Origin: an uncultured Acidobacteriota bacterium
GTDB taxonomy: Bacteria > Acidobacteriota > Terriglobia > Acidiferrales > UBA7541
Assembly: GCA_963819625.1 (NCBI GenBank)
Contig: CAWFWY010000018.1
Span: 172,857-236,856, forward strand
Length of the DNA: 64,000 nt
Direction: 5' to 3'
This document shows, piece after piece, positions 31,422-40,900 of this stretch (positions are counted from its first letter, which is position 1; each line of letters starts with the position of its first letter). The notes under the pieces are model-generated. The model saw only the letters and a list, made by a program, of their open reading frames with translations. It was not told where the DNA came from and searched no databases. A program made the translations under genes and the position numbers.

Positions 31422-31952
31422 GTGAGCTACGACCTTATGGCTTTTGAGGCTGACGCTGCTCCTGCTAGTCATGCTCAATTCATGGAATGGTACGCGCAAG
31501 AGACACAGTGGACTGAGGGTCACAGCTACGATGACCCGGCAATGTCGACAGTTAAGCTTCGGGCGTGGTTTGTGGAAATCACTCAGTCATTTCCACCTTT
31601 GAACGGTCCACTATCCCAAGGTGGCCTGTCTGAGGACGAAGCTAGCGCAACCGATTACAGTGTGGGCAAATCCATTATTTATTGTGCCTTCGCTTGGACT
31701 AAAGCAAAGCCAGCGTATAGCCTCGTGTTCGAACTAGCTCAAAAGCATGGGGTTGGCTTCTTCAACGTTAGTTCAGGGAACGAAGAGGTCTGGTTACCTT
31801 CAAGAGATAAGCTGATCCTCGCGCACTCTAAGGAACTTCCTGAAAACGAGATTCCTCGATGGGTTCGAGTTCCGACAGCCCTGGTACTCGCATTGCTGAC
31901 ACTATTTTGCGGATTTGCGTCGATAATGATGTTGGTTGTTCCTTGGTTTTGA
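31422..31952 (+). CDS. Hypothetical protein (lower-GC insert)
   Basis: GGAG RBS; MSYDLMAFE..HGVGFFNVS globular part with a hydrophobic C-terminal tail. Confidence 0.65.
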   Translation: MSYDLMAFEADAAPASHAQFMEWYAQETQWTEGHSYDDPAMSTVKLRAWFVEITQSFPPLNGPLSQGGLSEDEASATDYSVGKSIIYCAFAWTKAKPAYSLVFELAQKHGVGFFNVSSGNEEVWLPSRDKLILAHSKELPENEIPRWVRVPTALVLALLTLFCGFASIMMLVVPWF

Positions 31953-31989
31953 GCGCGTTGGACTTCAGGAATGTGATATTTTCTACGGC

Positions 31990-32178
31990 ATGAAAGCTGG
32001 CACAGCGAAGAAATTGAAAGATGGCGTTCGTTGCAAAGTGATTGGCGGCACGCACGAAGGTAAACACGGAATTGTCAGGGATATCAAAACGGGAAAAACG
32101 GGCCATGTTTCGATCACTGTTGTGCAGCCAGATGGTGTGAAACTTAAAACCCTCGCCAAGAACGTTGCGATTCTTTAA
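31990..32178 (+). CDS. Small KOW-motif protein
   Basis: GVRCKVIGGTHEGKHGIV is KOW-like; basic 62-aa protein. Confidence 0.75.
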   Translation: MKAGTAKKLKDGVRCKVIGGTHEGKHGIVRDIKTGKTGHVSITVVQPDGVKLKTLAKNVAIL

Positions 32179-32400
32179 GCGTCATAAGCTGTCGCAACTC
32201 GGTTACTAGCCGAGCTTAGCATGCAATTGCAAGGATTCACGTAACCGTCATACTGTCTTACAAATACCTACCCGGCTTCGCGTCTCTGGTGCGCTTGCGG
32301 TACACTCGGAGGTCTGCGGCAAGGTGTTGGACGCGTGGGGCGCGACACTTTGTGTTTTTGGCGATGCTGAATTCTGGGGCGTACACTTTCACACAATAAT

Positions 32401-33117
32401 ATGGGGCGAATAGCAGCCATTCTTCCGGCGTCGGGACTGGGCACGCGCATGGGCGCGGAGACTCCCAAGCAATTTCTGGAGCTGGACGGGACGTCGATCG
32501 TGATGCACAGCCTGCGGCGCATTGCGTCGTGCCCGCTGGTTACTGACATTATTGTGGCTACGCGCGGCGACGTGGTGGAGTCGCTGCAAGCCAGCATTCG
32601 CGCGGAAAAGTTTACGCAGCCGGTGCGCGTGGTGCGCGGCGGGGATTCGCGGCAGGAGTCGGTGGCGCAGGCTTTGAAGGAAGTGCCCCCGGACGCGGAA
32701 ATTGTGTTGGTGCACGACGCGGTGCGGCCGTTTGTTACCGTGGAGCAGATTACGCGGGTGATCGAAGAAGCGCGAAAATGTAAAGCCGCGATTCTGGGCA
32801 TACCGGCGATGGATACGGTGAAGGAAGTGAAGCGCGCCAGCCTGCCGGAAGACGTGGCGCTGATTATTGGAACGATTCCGCGCGAGCGGGTGGTGCTGGC
32901 GCAAACTCCCCAGGCGTTTTCCGCGAAGCTGCTGAAGGAAGCGTTCGCGCGCGCGGAAGCCGATGGAGTGAACGCGTCCGACGAAGCCGGGCTGGTGGAG
33001 CGGCTGGGGCATGACGTTCACGTGGTGCTGGGCTCGGAGCGCAACATAAAAATTACCCGGCCCGCGGATATGGAGCTGGCGCGCTTCTACTTGGAATCCG
33101 AGCGCAAAAAAGCATGA
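32401..33117 (+). CDS. ispD: 2-C-methyl-D-erythritol 4-phosphate cytidylyltransferase
   Basis: PASGLGTRMG..PKQFL, GGDSRQESV, VHDAVRP, QTPQAF and NIKIT motifs. Confidence 0.96.
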   Translation: MGRIAAILPASGLGTRMGAETPKQFLELDGTSIVMHSLRRIASCPLVTDIIVATRGDVVESLQASIRAEKFTQPVRVVRGGDSRQESVAQALKEVPPDAEIVLVHDAVRPFVTVEQITRVIEEARKCKAAILGIPAMDTVKEVKRASLPEDVALIIGTIPRERVVLAQTPQAFSAKLLKEAFARAEADGVNASDEAGLVERLGHDVHVVLGSERNIKITRPADMELARFYLESERKKA

Positions 33118-33593
33118 GCGTGCGCTGCGGAATCGGCTACGACCTGCACCGCCTGGAAGCGGGACGCAAGTTGATTATCGGCGGGCTGGAGCTGCCGTTC
33201 GACAAGGGGCCGGTGGGGCACTCGGACGGCGACGTGCTGGCGCATGCGCTTTGCGATGCGCTGCTGGGAGCGGCGGGACTGGGCGATATCGGCACGCATT
33301 TTCCGGATACCGATCCGAAATGGAAGGGCGCGGACAGCCTGCAATTTCTGGAGCACGCGGCGAAGCTGCTGGACGAGAAGAATTTTTCGATTGAGCACGT
33401 CGACGCCGTGGTGATCACCGAAAAACCCAAGCTAGGGCCGCATTTTCCGCGTATGCGCGCCATTGTGGCCAAGGCGCTGGGAGTTACGGCGGACCGCATT
33501 CACCTGAAAGCAAAAACCAACGAGGGTGTGGATGCGATTGGGCGAGGCGAAGCGATTGCCGCGTGGGTGGTGGCTACGCTGGAGGCCAGCTGA
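33114..33593 (+). CDS. ispF: 2-C-methyl-D-erythritol 2,4-cyclodiphosphate synthase
   Basis: GIGYDLH, GHSDGDVLAHA, GDIGTHFP and KAKTNEG motifs. Confidence 0.97.
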   Translation: MSVRCGIGYDLHRLEAGRKLIIGGLELPFDKGPVGHSDGDVLAHALCDALLGAAGLGDIGTHFPDTDPKWKGADSLQFLEHAAKLLDEKNFSIEHVDAVVITEKPKLGPHFPRMRAIVAKALGVTADRIHLKAKTNEGVDAIGRGEAIAAWVVATLEAS

Positions 33594-33676
33594 CGGCCGC
33601 TGTCCTGTTTGCAATTAATTTTCTAGATGATTCCGCGTTCTGCCTGGTCTGATTTTCCGCTGTAAACTTTCTCTCT

Positions 33677-34231
33677 ATGTCTTCAGAGCCGCATGTAGCG
33701 CGCGAAACGCCGGCGCCCAATCCTTTTACAGGGGCGGACGTCGCGGCAATCTTGCGCGAGAGCAAATGGGTGGTGGCGGAGGGAACATTTTCGCCGGAGA
33801 TGGATGCGTGGTGCGAGCGAGCCGCGGCGATGCTTGGTTCGCACGCGGCCGATCGCGCGGCGCTTGGCGAGCTGCTGGCGCTGATCGCTCACTACGACGC
33901 CGCCCGCGTGCTGGAAAAAAAGGAAAGCCACGCGGTGCTGGCGCGCTATGGAGCTAGAGATGTGGTGCGGCTTCTGGCGTTGGCGCTCTTGGAGGGTGGG
34001 GCGCTGGATTCGAACCGCTTCAAGGAAATCATCACCGCGATGAAAGAAGGCTCGGATTTGCGCAGCCGGGATTTGTTTCATCCCATTCGGCTGGCGCTGG
34101 CGGGGAGAGCGGGCGATGGAGAACTGGACCGCGTGATTTTGCTGATTGATGAAGCTGCGGCGCTGGCGTTCGCATCGCCGGTAAAATCGGTGCGGGTGCG
34201 CATCATGGAATTTTGCGCCGCGCTGGATTAG
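33677..34231 (+). CDS. Stand-alone class I aminoacyl-tRNA synthetase (GluRS-like) anticodon-binding domain protein
   Basis: FKEIITAMKEGSDLRSRDLFHPIRLALAGRAGDGELD resembles the GluRS C-terminal LFxPxRxAxxG..GPEL motif; no HIGH or KMSKS. Confidence 0.7.
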   Translation: MSSEPHVARETPAPNPFTGADVAAILRESKWVVAEGTFSPEMDAWCERAAAMLGSHAADRAALGELLALIAHYDAARVLEKKESHAVLARYGARDVVRLLALALLEGGALDSNRFKEIITAMKEGSDLRSRDLFHPIRLALAGRAGDGELDRVILLIDEAAALAFASPVKSVRVRIMEFCAALD

Positions 34232-34305
34232 CGATTTTGTTCTGCGTCGTTTGATGAGTTCCACGCTTTCACGGATTCGCGGCGGACGGTACACTGTCTG
34301 CGCTC

Positions 34306-35064
34306 ATGACTCCTCCCATTGACCGGCTGACGGGAATTAACGCGGTGCGCGAAGCGCTGCAGGCGGGCAGCGCTATCGATCGCATCGTGATTGCGCGTGG
34401 GCGGCAGGACACGCGCACGGAAGAAATTGTGCAACTGGCACGCGGGCGCGGGATTCCGGTGCGCTTTGAGGACCGCGGGCAGATCGATCGCCTCGCAAAT
34501 TCCAAAGATCACCAGGGAGTTGTGGCGCTGGCTGCGGCGCGCTCGGCGGGATCGCTGGAAGATATTCTGGCGCACGCGGAAGCGCAGGGCGGCGGACGCG
34601 GCGGGTTGATTGTGCTGCTCGATGGCGTGGAGGATCCGCACAACCTGGGCGCGGTGATTCGCACCGCGCTGGCCGCGGGCGCGCACGGCGTGGTGATTCC
34701 GGAGCGGCGCGCGGTGGGGCTGACGGACACGGTGGCGCGGGCGTCGGCTGGGGCGCTGGCGCATTTGCCGGTCGCGCGGGTGACCAACCTGGTGCGCGCG
34801 ATGGAAGAGTTGAAGGAAGCGGGATATTGGCTGGTGGGATTGGATGAGACCGCGGATAAAAGTTATACGCAGGTGGACTACACGTCGCCGACCGGAATTG
34901 TCTTAGGTGGCGAGGGCAAGGGCTTGCATGAGTTGACGCGCAAGCGGTGCGATTTTGTGGTGTCGCTGCCGACCAGTGGGCCTGTGAAGTCGCTCAACGT
35001 GTCGGTGGCCGCGGGGGTGGTTTTGTTTGAGGCGCTGCGGCAGAGGCACGCGAAGGCCAAATAG
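34306..35064 (+). CDS. rlmB: 23S rRNA (G2251-2'-O)-methyltransferase
   Basis: GINAVREAL, HQGVVA, DGVEDPHNLGAVIRT, GGEGKG and SLNVSVAAG (SPOUT) motifs. Confidence 0.94.
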   Translation: MTPPIDRLTGINAVREALQAGSAIDRIVIARGRQDTRTEEIVQLARGRGIPVRFEDRGQIDRLANSKDHQGVVALAAARSAGSLEDILAHAEAQGGGRGGLIVLLDGVEDPHNLGAVIRTALAAGAHGVVIPERRAVGLTDTVARASAGALAHLPVARVTNLVRAMEELKEAGYWLVGLDETADKSYTQVDYTSPTGIVLGGEGKGLHELTRKRCDFVVSLPTSGPVKSLNVSVAAGVVLFEALRQRHAKAK

Positions 35065-35088
35065 GCGGCCACGACGAGTCGCCGCGAG

Positions 35089-35610
35089 CTATTTGTCGTA
35101 TTGAATCAGCGAGAAGACGTCGAAGCCGGGGAGTTTGCTGCGGCCCTTTAGAAAAGTTAGCTCGACGGCGAAGGCTGCGCCTTCCACTTTGCCGCCCAAT
35201 TGTTGAATGAGCTTGGCGGTAGCTGCGGCGGTGCCACCGGTGGCCAGCAAATCGTCACAAATAATTACGCGATCGCCGGGCTTCACCGCGTCTTCGTGAA
35301 TTTCCAGCGTGTCGGTGCCATATTCCAGAGCGTAGGAAACGCTGGCGCACTTTGCGGGCAGCTTTCTTGGTTTGCGTACCGGGACGAAACCGGCGTTGAG
35401 ACGATAGGCCAGCGCAGGGGCGAAAATAAAGCCGCGTGCTTCGATTCCGGCGACGATATCGATGGTGTGGCCGTTGTAGTGTTCGCACAGGCGGTCGATC
35501 AGCGTGTGGAAACCCTTTTTATCTTTCAGCAGGGTGGTCAGGTCGTAGAAAAGAATTCCTGGCTTGGGATAATCGGGCACTTCACGGATAAGTTTTTTCA
35601 GTTCGTCCAT
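35089..35610 (-). CDS. apt: Adenine phosphoribosyltransferase
   Basis: [20 protein letters not shown] and DDLLATGGT motifs. Confidence 0.96.
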   Translation of the reverse strand: MDELKKLIREVPDYPKPGILFYDLTTLLKDKKGFHTLIDRLCEHYNGHTIDIVAGIEARGFIFAPALAYRLNAGFVPVRKPRKLPAKCASVSYALEYGTDTLEIHEDAVKPGDRVIICDDLLATGGTAAATAKLIQQLGGKVEGAAFAVELTFLKGRSKLPGFDVFSLIQYDK

Positions 35611-35667
35611 TCGAACGGCTCCTGTGGTCGCGGTAGTTTGTTGCGGTGAAAACTGCCAGACGAGCGA

Positions 35668-35961
35668 TCAATCAGTGTTGCCGATGACAAAAAGCTGGTC
35701 GTACTGTGGATCGGGCGTGGCCGCTTCCTCGCGCACTTCCGTGACGCTGGAAAAGCGCGGGCCGCGCTCCAGAACGCTGCGCAACTCGAGAAGCTGTTGC
35801 GGCGTGCCCATCACAAACACTTCCACGCGGCCGTCGCGGAGGTTTTTGACGTAGCCTCCCACCTTCAATTTGGCCGCGGCGTGCTGGGCGAAATAGCGGT
35901 AGCCAACGCCCTGGACGGTCCCCGAGATCAAATATTTCCTGGCTTGTTTGGGCTCGATCAC
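35668..35961 (-). CDS. acyP: Acylphosphatase
   Basis: GTVQGVGYR and GYVKNLRDGRVE motifs. Confidence 0.93.
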   Translation of the reverse strand: MIEPKQARKYLISGTVQGVGYRYFAQHAAAKLKVGGYVKNLRDGRVEVFVMGTPQQLLELRSVLERGPRFSSVTEVREEAATPDPQYDQLFVIGNTD

Positions 35962-36095
35962 GAACTGCGGAATTGTAACAGAGAGAGGCGCCAGGTGAAA
36001 AAGCGGGTGGGCGCGAAGACTGCGCTGGATTCAAAAGACCGATACTATGTTAGTCTATGCCTTGATAAAAACAGCTTCAGGCAGAGGCTGAGCCG

Positions 36096-36437
36096 ATGAG
36101 GAAACCCGAGCAGCGCGATCTGTTTCCCGGCGCTTTGGAAATGATGATTCTGCGAACGCTGAAGCGCCAATCGCTGCATGGCTACGCGCTGGCAAGGCAG
36201 ATCAAGCGCGCGTCCAACGATTTGCTGCAGATTGAAGAAGGCTCGCTCTATCCGGCGCTGCAGCGCCTGCTCAAAGAAGAACTTTTGAAGGCGGAGTGGG
36301 GCATTTCCTCTACCAATCGCCGCGTGCGTATCTACAAGCTGACTCCCGCGGGCGTGAAACACCTGGAACGCGAAATCTCGCGGTTCGAGACGATGTTTGA
36401 AGGCATCACGCGGGTTTTGACTCCGGTGAAGTCATGA
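36096..36437 (+). CDS. PadR family transcriptional regulator (acidobacterial type)
   Basis: GALEMMILRTL..LHGYALA..IEEGSLYPALQRL..WGISSTNRRVRIYKLT. Confidence 0.93.
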   Translation: MRKPEQRDLFPGALEMMILRTLKRQSLHGYALARQIKRASNDLLQIEEGSLYPALQRLLKEELLKAEWGISSTNRRVRIYKLTPAGVKHLEREISRFETMFEGITRVLTPVKS

Positions 36438-39124
36438 ACTGGCTGAAGCAATTGTTTTCGCGCCGCCGCATCTATGGCGATCTCTCCGCGGAAATTCAGG
36501 AGCACCTCAAAGAGCGAATCGAGGAGCTAGTCAGCGACGGTATGTCCGAGAAAGAAGCTACGGCCGCCGCGCGCCGCGAATTTGGAAACGTAATGTTGAT
36601 TGAAGAGGACAGCCGCAGTGTATGGCGCTGGGCGTCGCTTGAGAATTTGATCATCGATGTGCGCTATGGCTTGCGCATGATGCGCCGGGCGCCAATTTTT
36701 ACCACTGTCGTTATACTTTCCCTCGCCCTGGGCATTGGTGCCAACACAGCAATCTTCGGTCTGATCAACACTCTCATGTTGCGCAATTTGCCGGTGCAAC
36801 ATCCCGAGCAGCTCGTCGAACTTTTGAGCGTCTATCCCGGTGAGCCCCGCACGAACGGCTTCTCTTGGCAGACTTACGAGCACTTTCGAAATAACAACCG
36901 GGTCTTCTCGGGACTCATCGGCGCAGAGCATTCCCATTTCAACGTGCGCGCCGAGGGCCTGGAACCTGAAACAGTGGATGGCGAGTATGTGGTGGGCGAC
37001 TTCTTCCCGATCCTCGGACTGAAGCCCTTGGTTGGCCGGCTGATTGGTCCGGAAGACGATCGCATCGGTCCGGCTGATTCGGCAGTGACCGTGGTGAGTT
37101 GGACTTACTGGAAAAACAGATTCAATCTCGAGCCAGGAATTTTGGGCAAGCGAATCTTTGTCGACGCTGTACCGCTAACGGTTGTGGGGGTGACCCCACG
37201 AACCTTCTTCGGATTGCAGGTAGGGCTGAAGTCCGACATTTGGATGCCAGTGGCCGTCGAGCCGATGATTAATCGCCCCAGTCTTGTCACCACCGGGCGA
37301 ATGAGCCTGGGGCTGATGGGGAGGTTGAAGCCGGGCGTGTCCATTGAGCAGGCGCGTGCTGAAGTGAGCGTGCTAGACCAATGGAGGATCGCAGAAATTA
37401 GCAGGACCATGAAGGATCCTCTTTGGCTCCGAGCCAAGATGGATCTGGAGCCGGCTGGCGCCGGGTTCTCACGCCTGCGTGATCAGTTCGCCAAGCCACT
37501 CCTCGTGCTGATGGCGGTGGTGAGCTTGCTTCTGCTCATCGCGTGCACCAACGTGGCTAGCCTGCTGCTTGCGCGTGGGTCCGCGCGCCAGCGCGAAATG
37601 GCGGTGCGTGTTTCCCTGGGCGCCGGCCGGTTTCGCCTGGTGCGCCAGGTGCTGACCGAATCGCTGCTGCTTTCCATAGCCGGCACTCTGCTCGGTATCG
37701 TTCTCGCTTATTTTGGTGCGGACGCACTCGTGCGGATTCTTACGTCCGGACGGCAACTGGTGGGATTGCCGTCTCATCTCGATATTCATGTATACCCTGA
37801 TGCACATTTATTGGTCTTCACCGCCGCTATCGCTCTGTCTACTGGTTTGCTGTTCGGATTGGTTCCCGCGTGGAATGCTTTTGCTTCCGCGCCGGCAACG
37901 GCCTTGCGACAGACGGGGAGCGCTGGCGAGACGCGCTTCCGCCGCCTTTTCGGGAAGGGCCTTGTGGCAGCACAGGTCGCTCTCTCGGTAGTGCTGCTGA
38001 GCGTGGCAGGCTTGTTTATCCGTCATTTGTCGAATCTTGAGCACCTGGACCTGGGATTTCGTCGCGATCACGTTTTGCTGATGACTCTCGATCCGCAGCA
38101 CAGCGGCTATGAGGGCGAACGATTGTCCCGGGCTTACCAGGAACTTCTCGGGCATCTGGACGCAATTCCCGGGGTGCGCTCGGCCACGTTCAGCGCCGGT
38201 ACCCCCATCTCAGGCTCGGAGGCTTCCAGCTTCGTGAAGGTGAGCGATCACCCTGAAAAGCCTGAGGATCGCCGCTACGTTTCTATCAACTGGGTCGCGC
38301 CGAGGTACTTCGAGACCCTCGGCACGCCACTACTGTCCGGGCGCGATTTCAACTTTCAGGATCAAGCTGGCCCGCGGGTGGCGATCATTAATCAGGCGAT
38401 GGCCCGCTACTTTTTCGGCGACGCCAACCCCATCGGAGAGCATTTCACTATCGACCATGACTGGAAAGGCTTTGGCGACGACAAGCCCTTCGAAATTGTT
38501 GGGGTGGTTGGTGACGCGAAATACTACGAGATTCGCGAACCCACCAACCGCACCATCTATCTCAGCTCTTTCCAGGACGGAAATGTATCTTCGATGTTCG
38601 CGTTATGGACCAGTGTGGAACCCGCGGCCGTGGCCGGCGAAGTGCGGCGCGCGGTGCGCGAATACCTCCCGGCGGTCCGCGTGGAGCGTCTCACTACCCT
38701 GGATCATCAAGTCGAAACGTCGATCGTTCCGGAGCGACTCATCGCCAGTCTCTCCGGTTTATTAGGCACGCTGGGCGCGCTGCTCGCCGCCATCGGACTG
38801 TACGGGTTGCTTGCTTACAACGTGGCGCGGCGTATCAACGAGATCGGTGTGCGCATGGCGTTGGGCGCGACGCGAAGCGATCTGATTCGAATGGTGCTTG
38901 GGGACGCGGTGGGCATGGTCTTCGCGGGCCTGTTGCTCGGTGCGCCGATTGCATTCTGGGGGAGAATTCTAGCCGCGCATTTGATTGAGGATCTGCCATT
39001 GAAGAGCGTGGCTCCGATCGCCTTTGGCGCCGCAGCCATGATCGGCGTTGCGCTGGTTGCCGCGTGTCTGCCCGCATGGCGCGCGTCGCTGGTGGATCCG
39101 ATGGTTGCGCTGCGGTATGAATGA
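36434..39124 (+). CDS. Duplicated MacB/FtsX permease (ADOP family)
   Basis: AARREFGN prefix, LALGIGANTAIF, ACTNVASLLLAR..REMAVR, EIGVRMALGA and VDPMVALRYE; coupled to padR by ATGA overlap. Confidence 0.93.
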   Translation: MNWLKQLFSRRRIYGDLSAEIQEHLKERIEELVSDGMSEKEATAAARREFGNVMLIEEDSRSVWRWASLENLIIDVRYGLRMMRRAPIFTTVVILSLALGIGANTAIFGLINTLMLRNLPVQHPEQLVELLSVYPGEPRTNGFSWQTYEHFRNNNRVFSGLIGAEHSHFNVRAEGLEPETVDGEYVVGDFFPILGLKPLVGRLIGPEDDRIGPADSAVTVVSWTYWKNRFNLEPGILGKRIFVDAVPLTVVGVTPRTFFGLQVGLKSDIWMPVAVEPMINRPSLVTTGRMSLGLMGRLKPGVSIEQARAEVSVLDQWRIAEISRTMKDPLWLRAKMDLEPAGAGFSRLRDQFAKPLLVLMAVVSLLLLIACTNVASLLLARGSARQREMAVRVSLGAGRFRLVRQVLTESLLLSIAGTLLGIVLAYFGADALVRILTSGRQLVGLPSHLDIHVYPDAHLLVFTAAIALSTGLLFGLVPAWNAFASAPATALRQTGSAGETRFRRLFGKGLVAAQVALSVVLLSVAGLFIRHLSNLEHLDLGFRRDHVLLMTLDPQHSGYEGERLSRAYQELLGHLDAIPGVRSATFSAGTPISGSEASSFVKVSDHPEKPEDRRYVSINWVAPRYFETLGTPLLSGRDFNFQDQAGPRVAIINQAMARYFFGDANPIGEHFTIDHDWKGFGDDKPFEIVGVVGDAKYYEIREPTNRTIYLSSFQDGNVSSMFALWTSVEPAAVAGEVRRAVREYLPAVRVERLTTLDHQVETSIVPERLIASLSGLLGTLGALLAAIGLYGLLAYNVARRINEIGVRMALGATRSDLIRMVLGDAVGMVFAGLLLGAPIAFWGRILAAHLIEDLPLKSVAPIAFGAAAMIGVALVAACLPAWRASLVDPMVALRYE

Positions 39125-39218
39125 GCGCGGCGCCTTAGCCGAGGCGGCCCAAGCTGTGTAGTAAACTCAGCGAGATGGTCGAAGCGGCTTGTGCCGCTGT
39201 GGGCGCATCTCAACAGAT

Positions 39219-40130
39219 ATGAAATTTTCATCGCGATGGCTGATCTATGTGTTTTTGGCTGCGGGCGCGACGGCTGTACATGTGCCAGCGCTGTGGGCGC
39301 AGGAAACTCCGCAGGGGCCAATGGAGGCGCCTGCCGAGCATCATGTGACGCGCATTGGTACGGATCCTGAGCCGCCGGCGCCGCCTTCGCTGCCGGTGGA
39401 AGAGATTATTCGGCGGTTTTCGGTGAAGGAGGAGGAGTACGTGAAGGCGCGGCCGAACTATGGTTTTCGCAAGAGCGTGCGCATCCAGGAATTCGGGCCG
39501 GACGGCAACCCTATCGGCGAATTTCTGCGCGTCAGCGAATACACCAAAATGGCCGACGGCAGAGTCGCGGTGAAAGCTGTCGAACATCCGCAATCGACAT
39601 TGCAGGGAATTTACCTGGCGCCGGAGGACCTGGACGCACTCGACCGCGTTCCGGCATATCCGCTGACTGCCAGCCAGCTAAAGAAATACGAATTGAAATA
39701 CCTGGGTAGAGAGCTGGTCGACGAGATCGACTGCTACATTTTCCAGGCCAAGCCGAAAGCCGTGGAGCGGAATACGGCTTTGTTTGACGGAGTGGTGTGG
39801 GTGGACGCCAATTACCTGGAAGTGGTGAAGACCTACGGCAAGTGGGTGACCGACCTGGGCGACACCCGCGGCGTAGCGCAGCTGCCATTTTCGTTGTTCG
39901 AAACCTACCGCGAGAATGTGGACGGGAAATACTGGTTTCCGAATTATTTGCGCTCCGACGATACGCTGCATGTGAAAGATGTAGATATTCCGGTGCGGCT
40001 GGTGGTCAAGTGGACAGATTTTAAGCCTGCGTCTGTTGGCGCTTCGGCTCCTGCTGCGAGTGCTACACCTGGCGATGCGTCGCCTGCTACACCTGCGACT
40101 GCTCCAGCCAATCCCCCCGTGAAACCCTAA
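39219..40130 (+). CDS. Secreted conserved hypothetical protein
   Basis: Signal peptide, beta-rich body (FETYRENVDGKYWFP) and an Ala/Pro tail. Confidence 0.75.
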   Translation: MKFSSRWLIYVFLAAGATAVHVPALWAQETPQGPMEAPAEHHVTRIGTDPEPPAPPSLPVEEIIRRFSVKEEEYVKARPNYGFRKSVRIQEFGPDGNPIGEFLRVSEYTKMADGRVAVKAVEHPQSTLQGIYLAPEDLDALDRVPAYPLTASQLKKYELKYLGRELVDEIDCYIFQAKPKAVERNTALFDGVVWVDANYLEVVKTYGKWVTDLGDTRGVAQLPFSLFETYRENVDGKYWFPNYLRSDDTLHVKDVDIPVRLVVKWTDFKPASVGASAPAASATPGDASPATPATAPANPPVKP

Positions 40131-40151
40131 GCCACGGCAATACCTCGATTA

Positions 40152-40820
40152 TTATTTTTGGCGGGCGAGATCCAGTTGCTTTAGCGCTGCGGGTAGCTCT
40201 GCCAGCGAGCTGAGGAGCAAGTCTGGGTTCGCGGCGCGCAGGCGTTTTTCTGTGGGGAATGGGCCGAGGACGCCGACGACGCGGACGCCCGCGCTTTTGG
40301 CCATCTGCACGTCTTCGGGTGAGTCGCCAACATAGACGCAGTGCGCGGCTGCCAGGCCGATGCACTGGAGCGCCACGTTGAGCGGCTCGGGATGCGGTTT
40401 TTTGTGCTGCGTGTCGCCGCTGCATACTCGCGCGCGAAAAGAACGCGTGAGGCGGAATTCGCGGAGCTGGCGATGCACGCGGTCGCGATCTCCGCTGGTG
40501 ACCAGGCCGAGCCGATAGCGGCGCACTACGGTGGAGAGCACTTTACGCGCGCCAGTAATCAGTTTCGGGCGAAACGCGGAGTAGTGCTTGCGCCACGCGG
40601 TGTCGGCGGCGTCCCAATGGTGTTCAGCGAGGCCAGCGGCGCGGTAGACGTCATACCAGTTGGGCGAATAGTTTTCGGCGAGCTCTTCGATGCCCCAGGG
40701 GATGCCCATTTCGCCGAACATGGCCAGATACGCGGACGAATCGGCGTGGAAAGAATCAAGCAGCGTGCCGTCCCAATCGAACAGCACTCCTTTGATTTTG
40801 GTTTTTGCGGCGCGGGCCAT
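40152..40820 (-). CDS. HAD-IA family hydrolase (phosphoglycolate phosphatase-like)
   Basis: FDWDGTLLDS, LVTS, KPHPEP and VGDSPED motifs. Confidence 0.92.
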   Translation of the reverse strand: MARAAKTKIKGVLFDWDGTLLDSFHADSSAYLAMFGEMGIPWGIEELAENYSPNWYDVYRAAGLAEHHWDAADTAWRKHYSAFRPKLITGARKVLSTVVRRYRLGLVTSGDRDRVHRQLREFRLTRSFRARVCSGDTQHKKPHPEPLNVALQCIGLAAAHCVYVGDSPEDVQMAKSAGVRVVGVLGPFPTEKRLRAANPDLLLSSLAELPAALKQLDLARQK

Positions 40821-40900
40821 GCTGCATCAACATAGCAGAAATGTAGGATCGCTGAAGCGAGCCGGAATGAAGCGTAGTGGGTCAGCTTCCGGTTAGCGCT

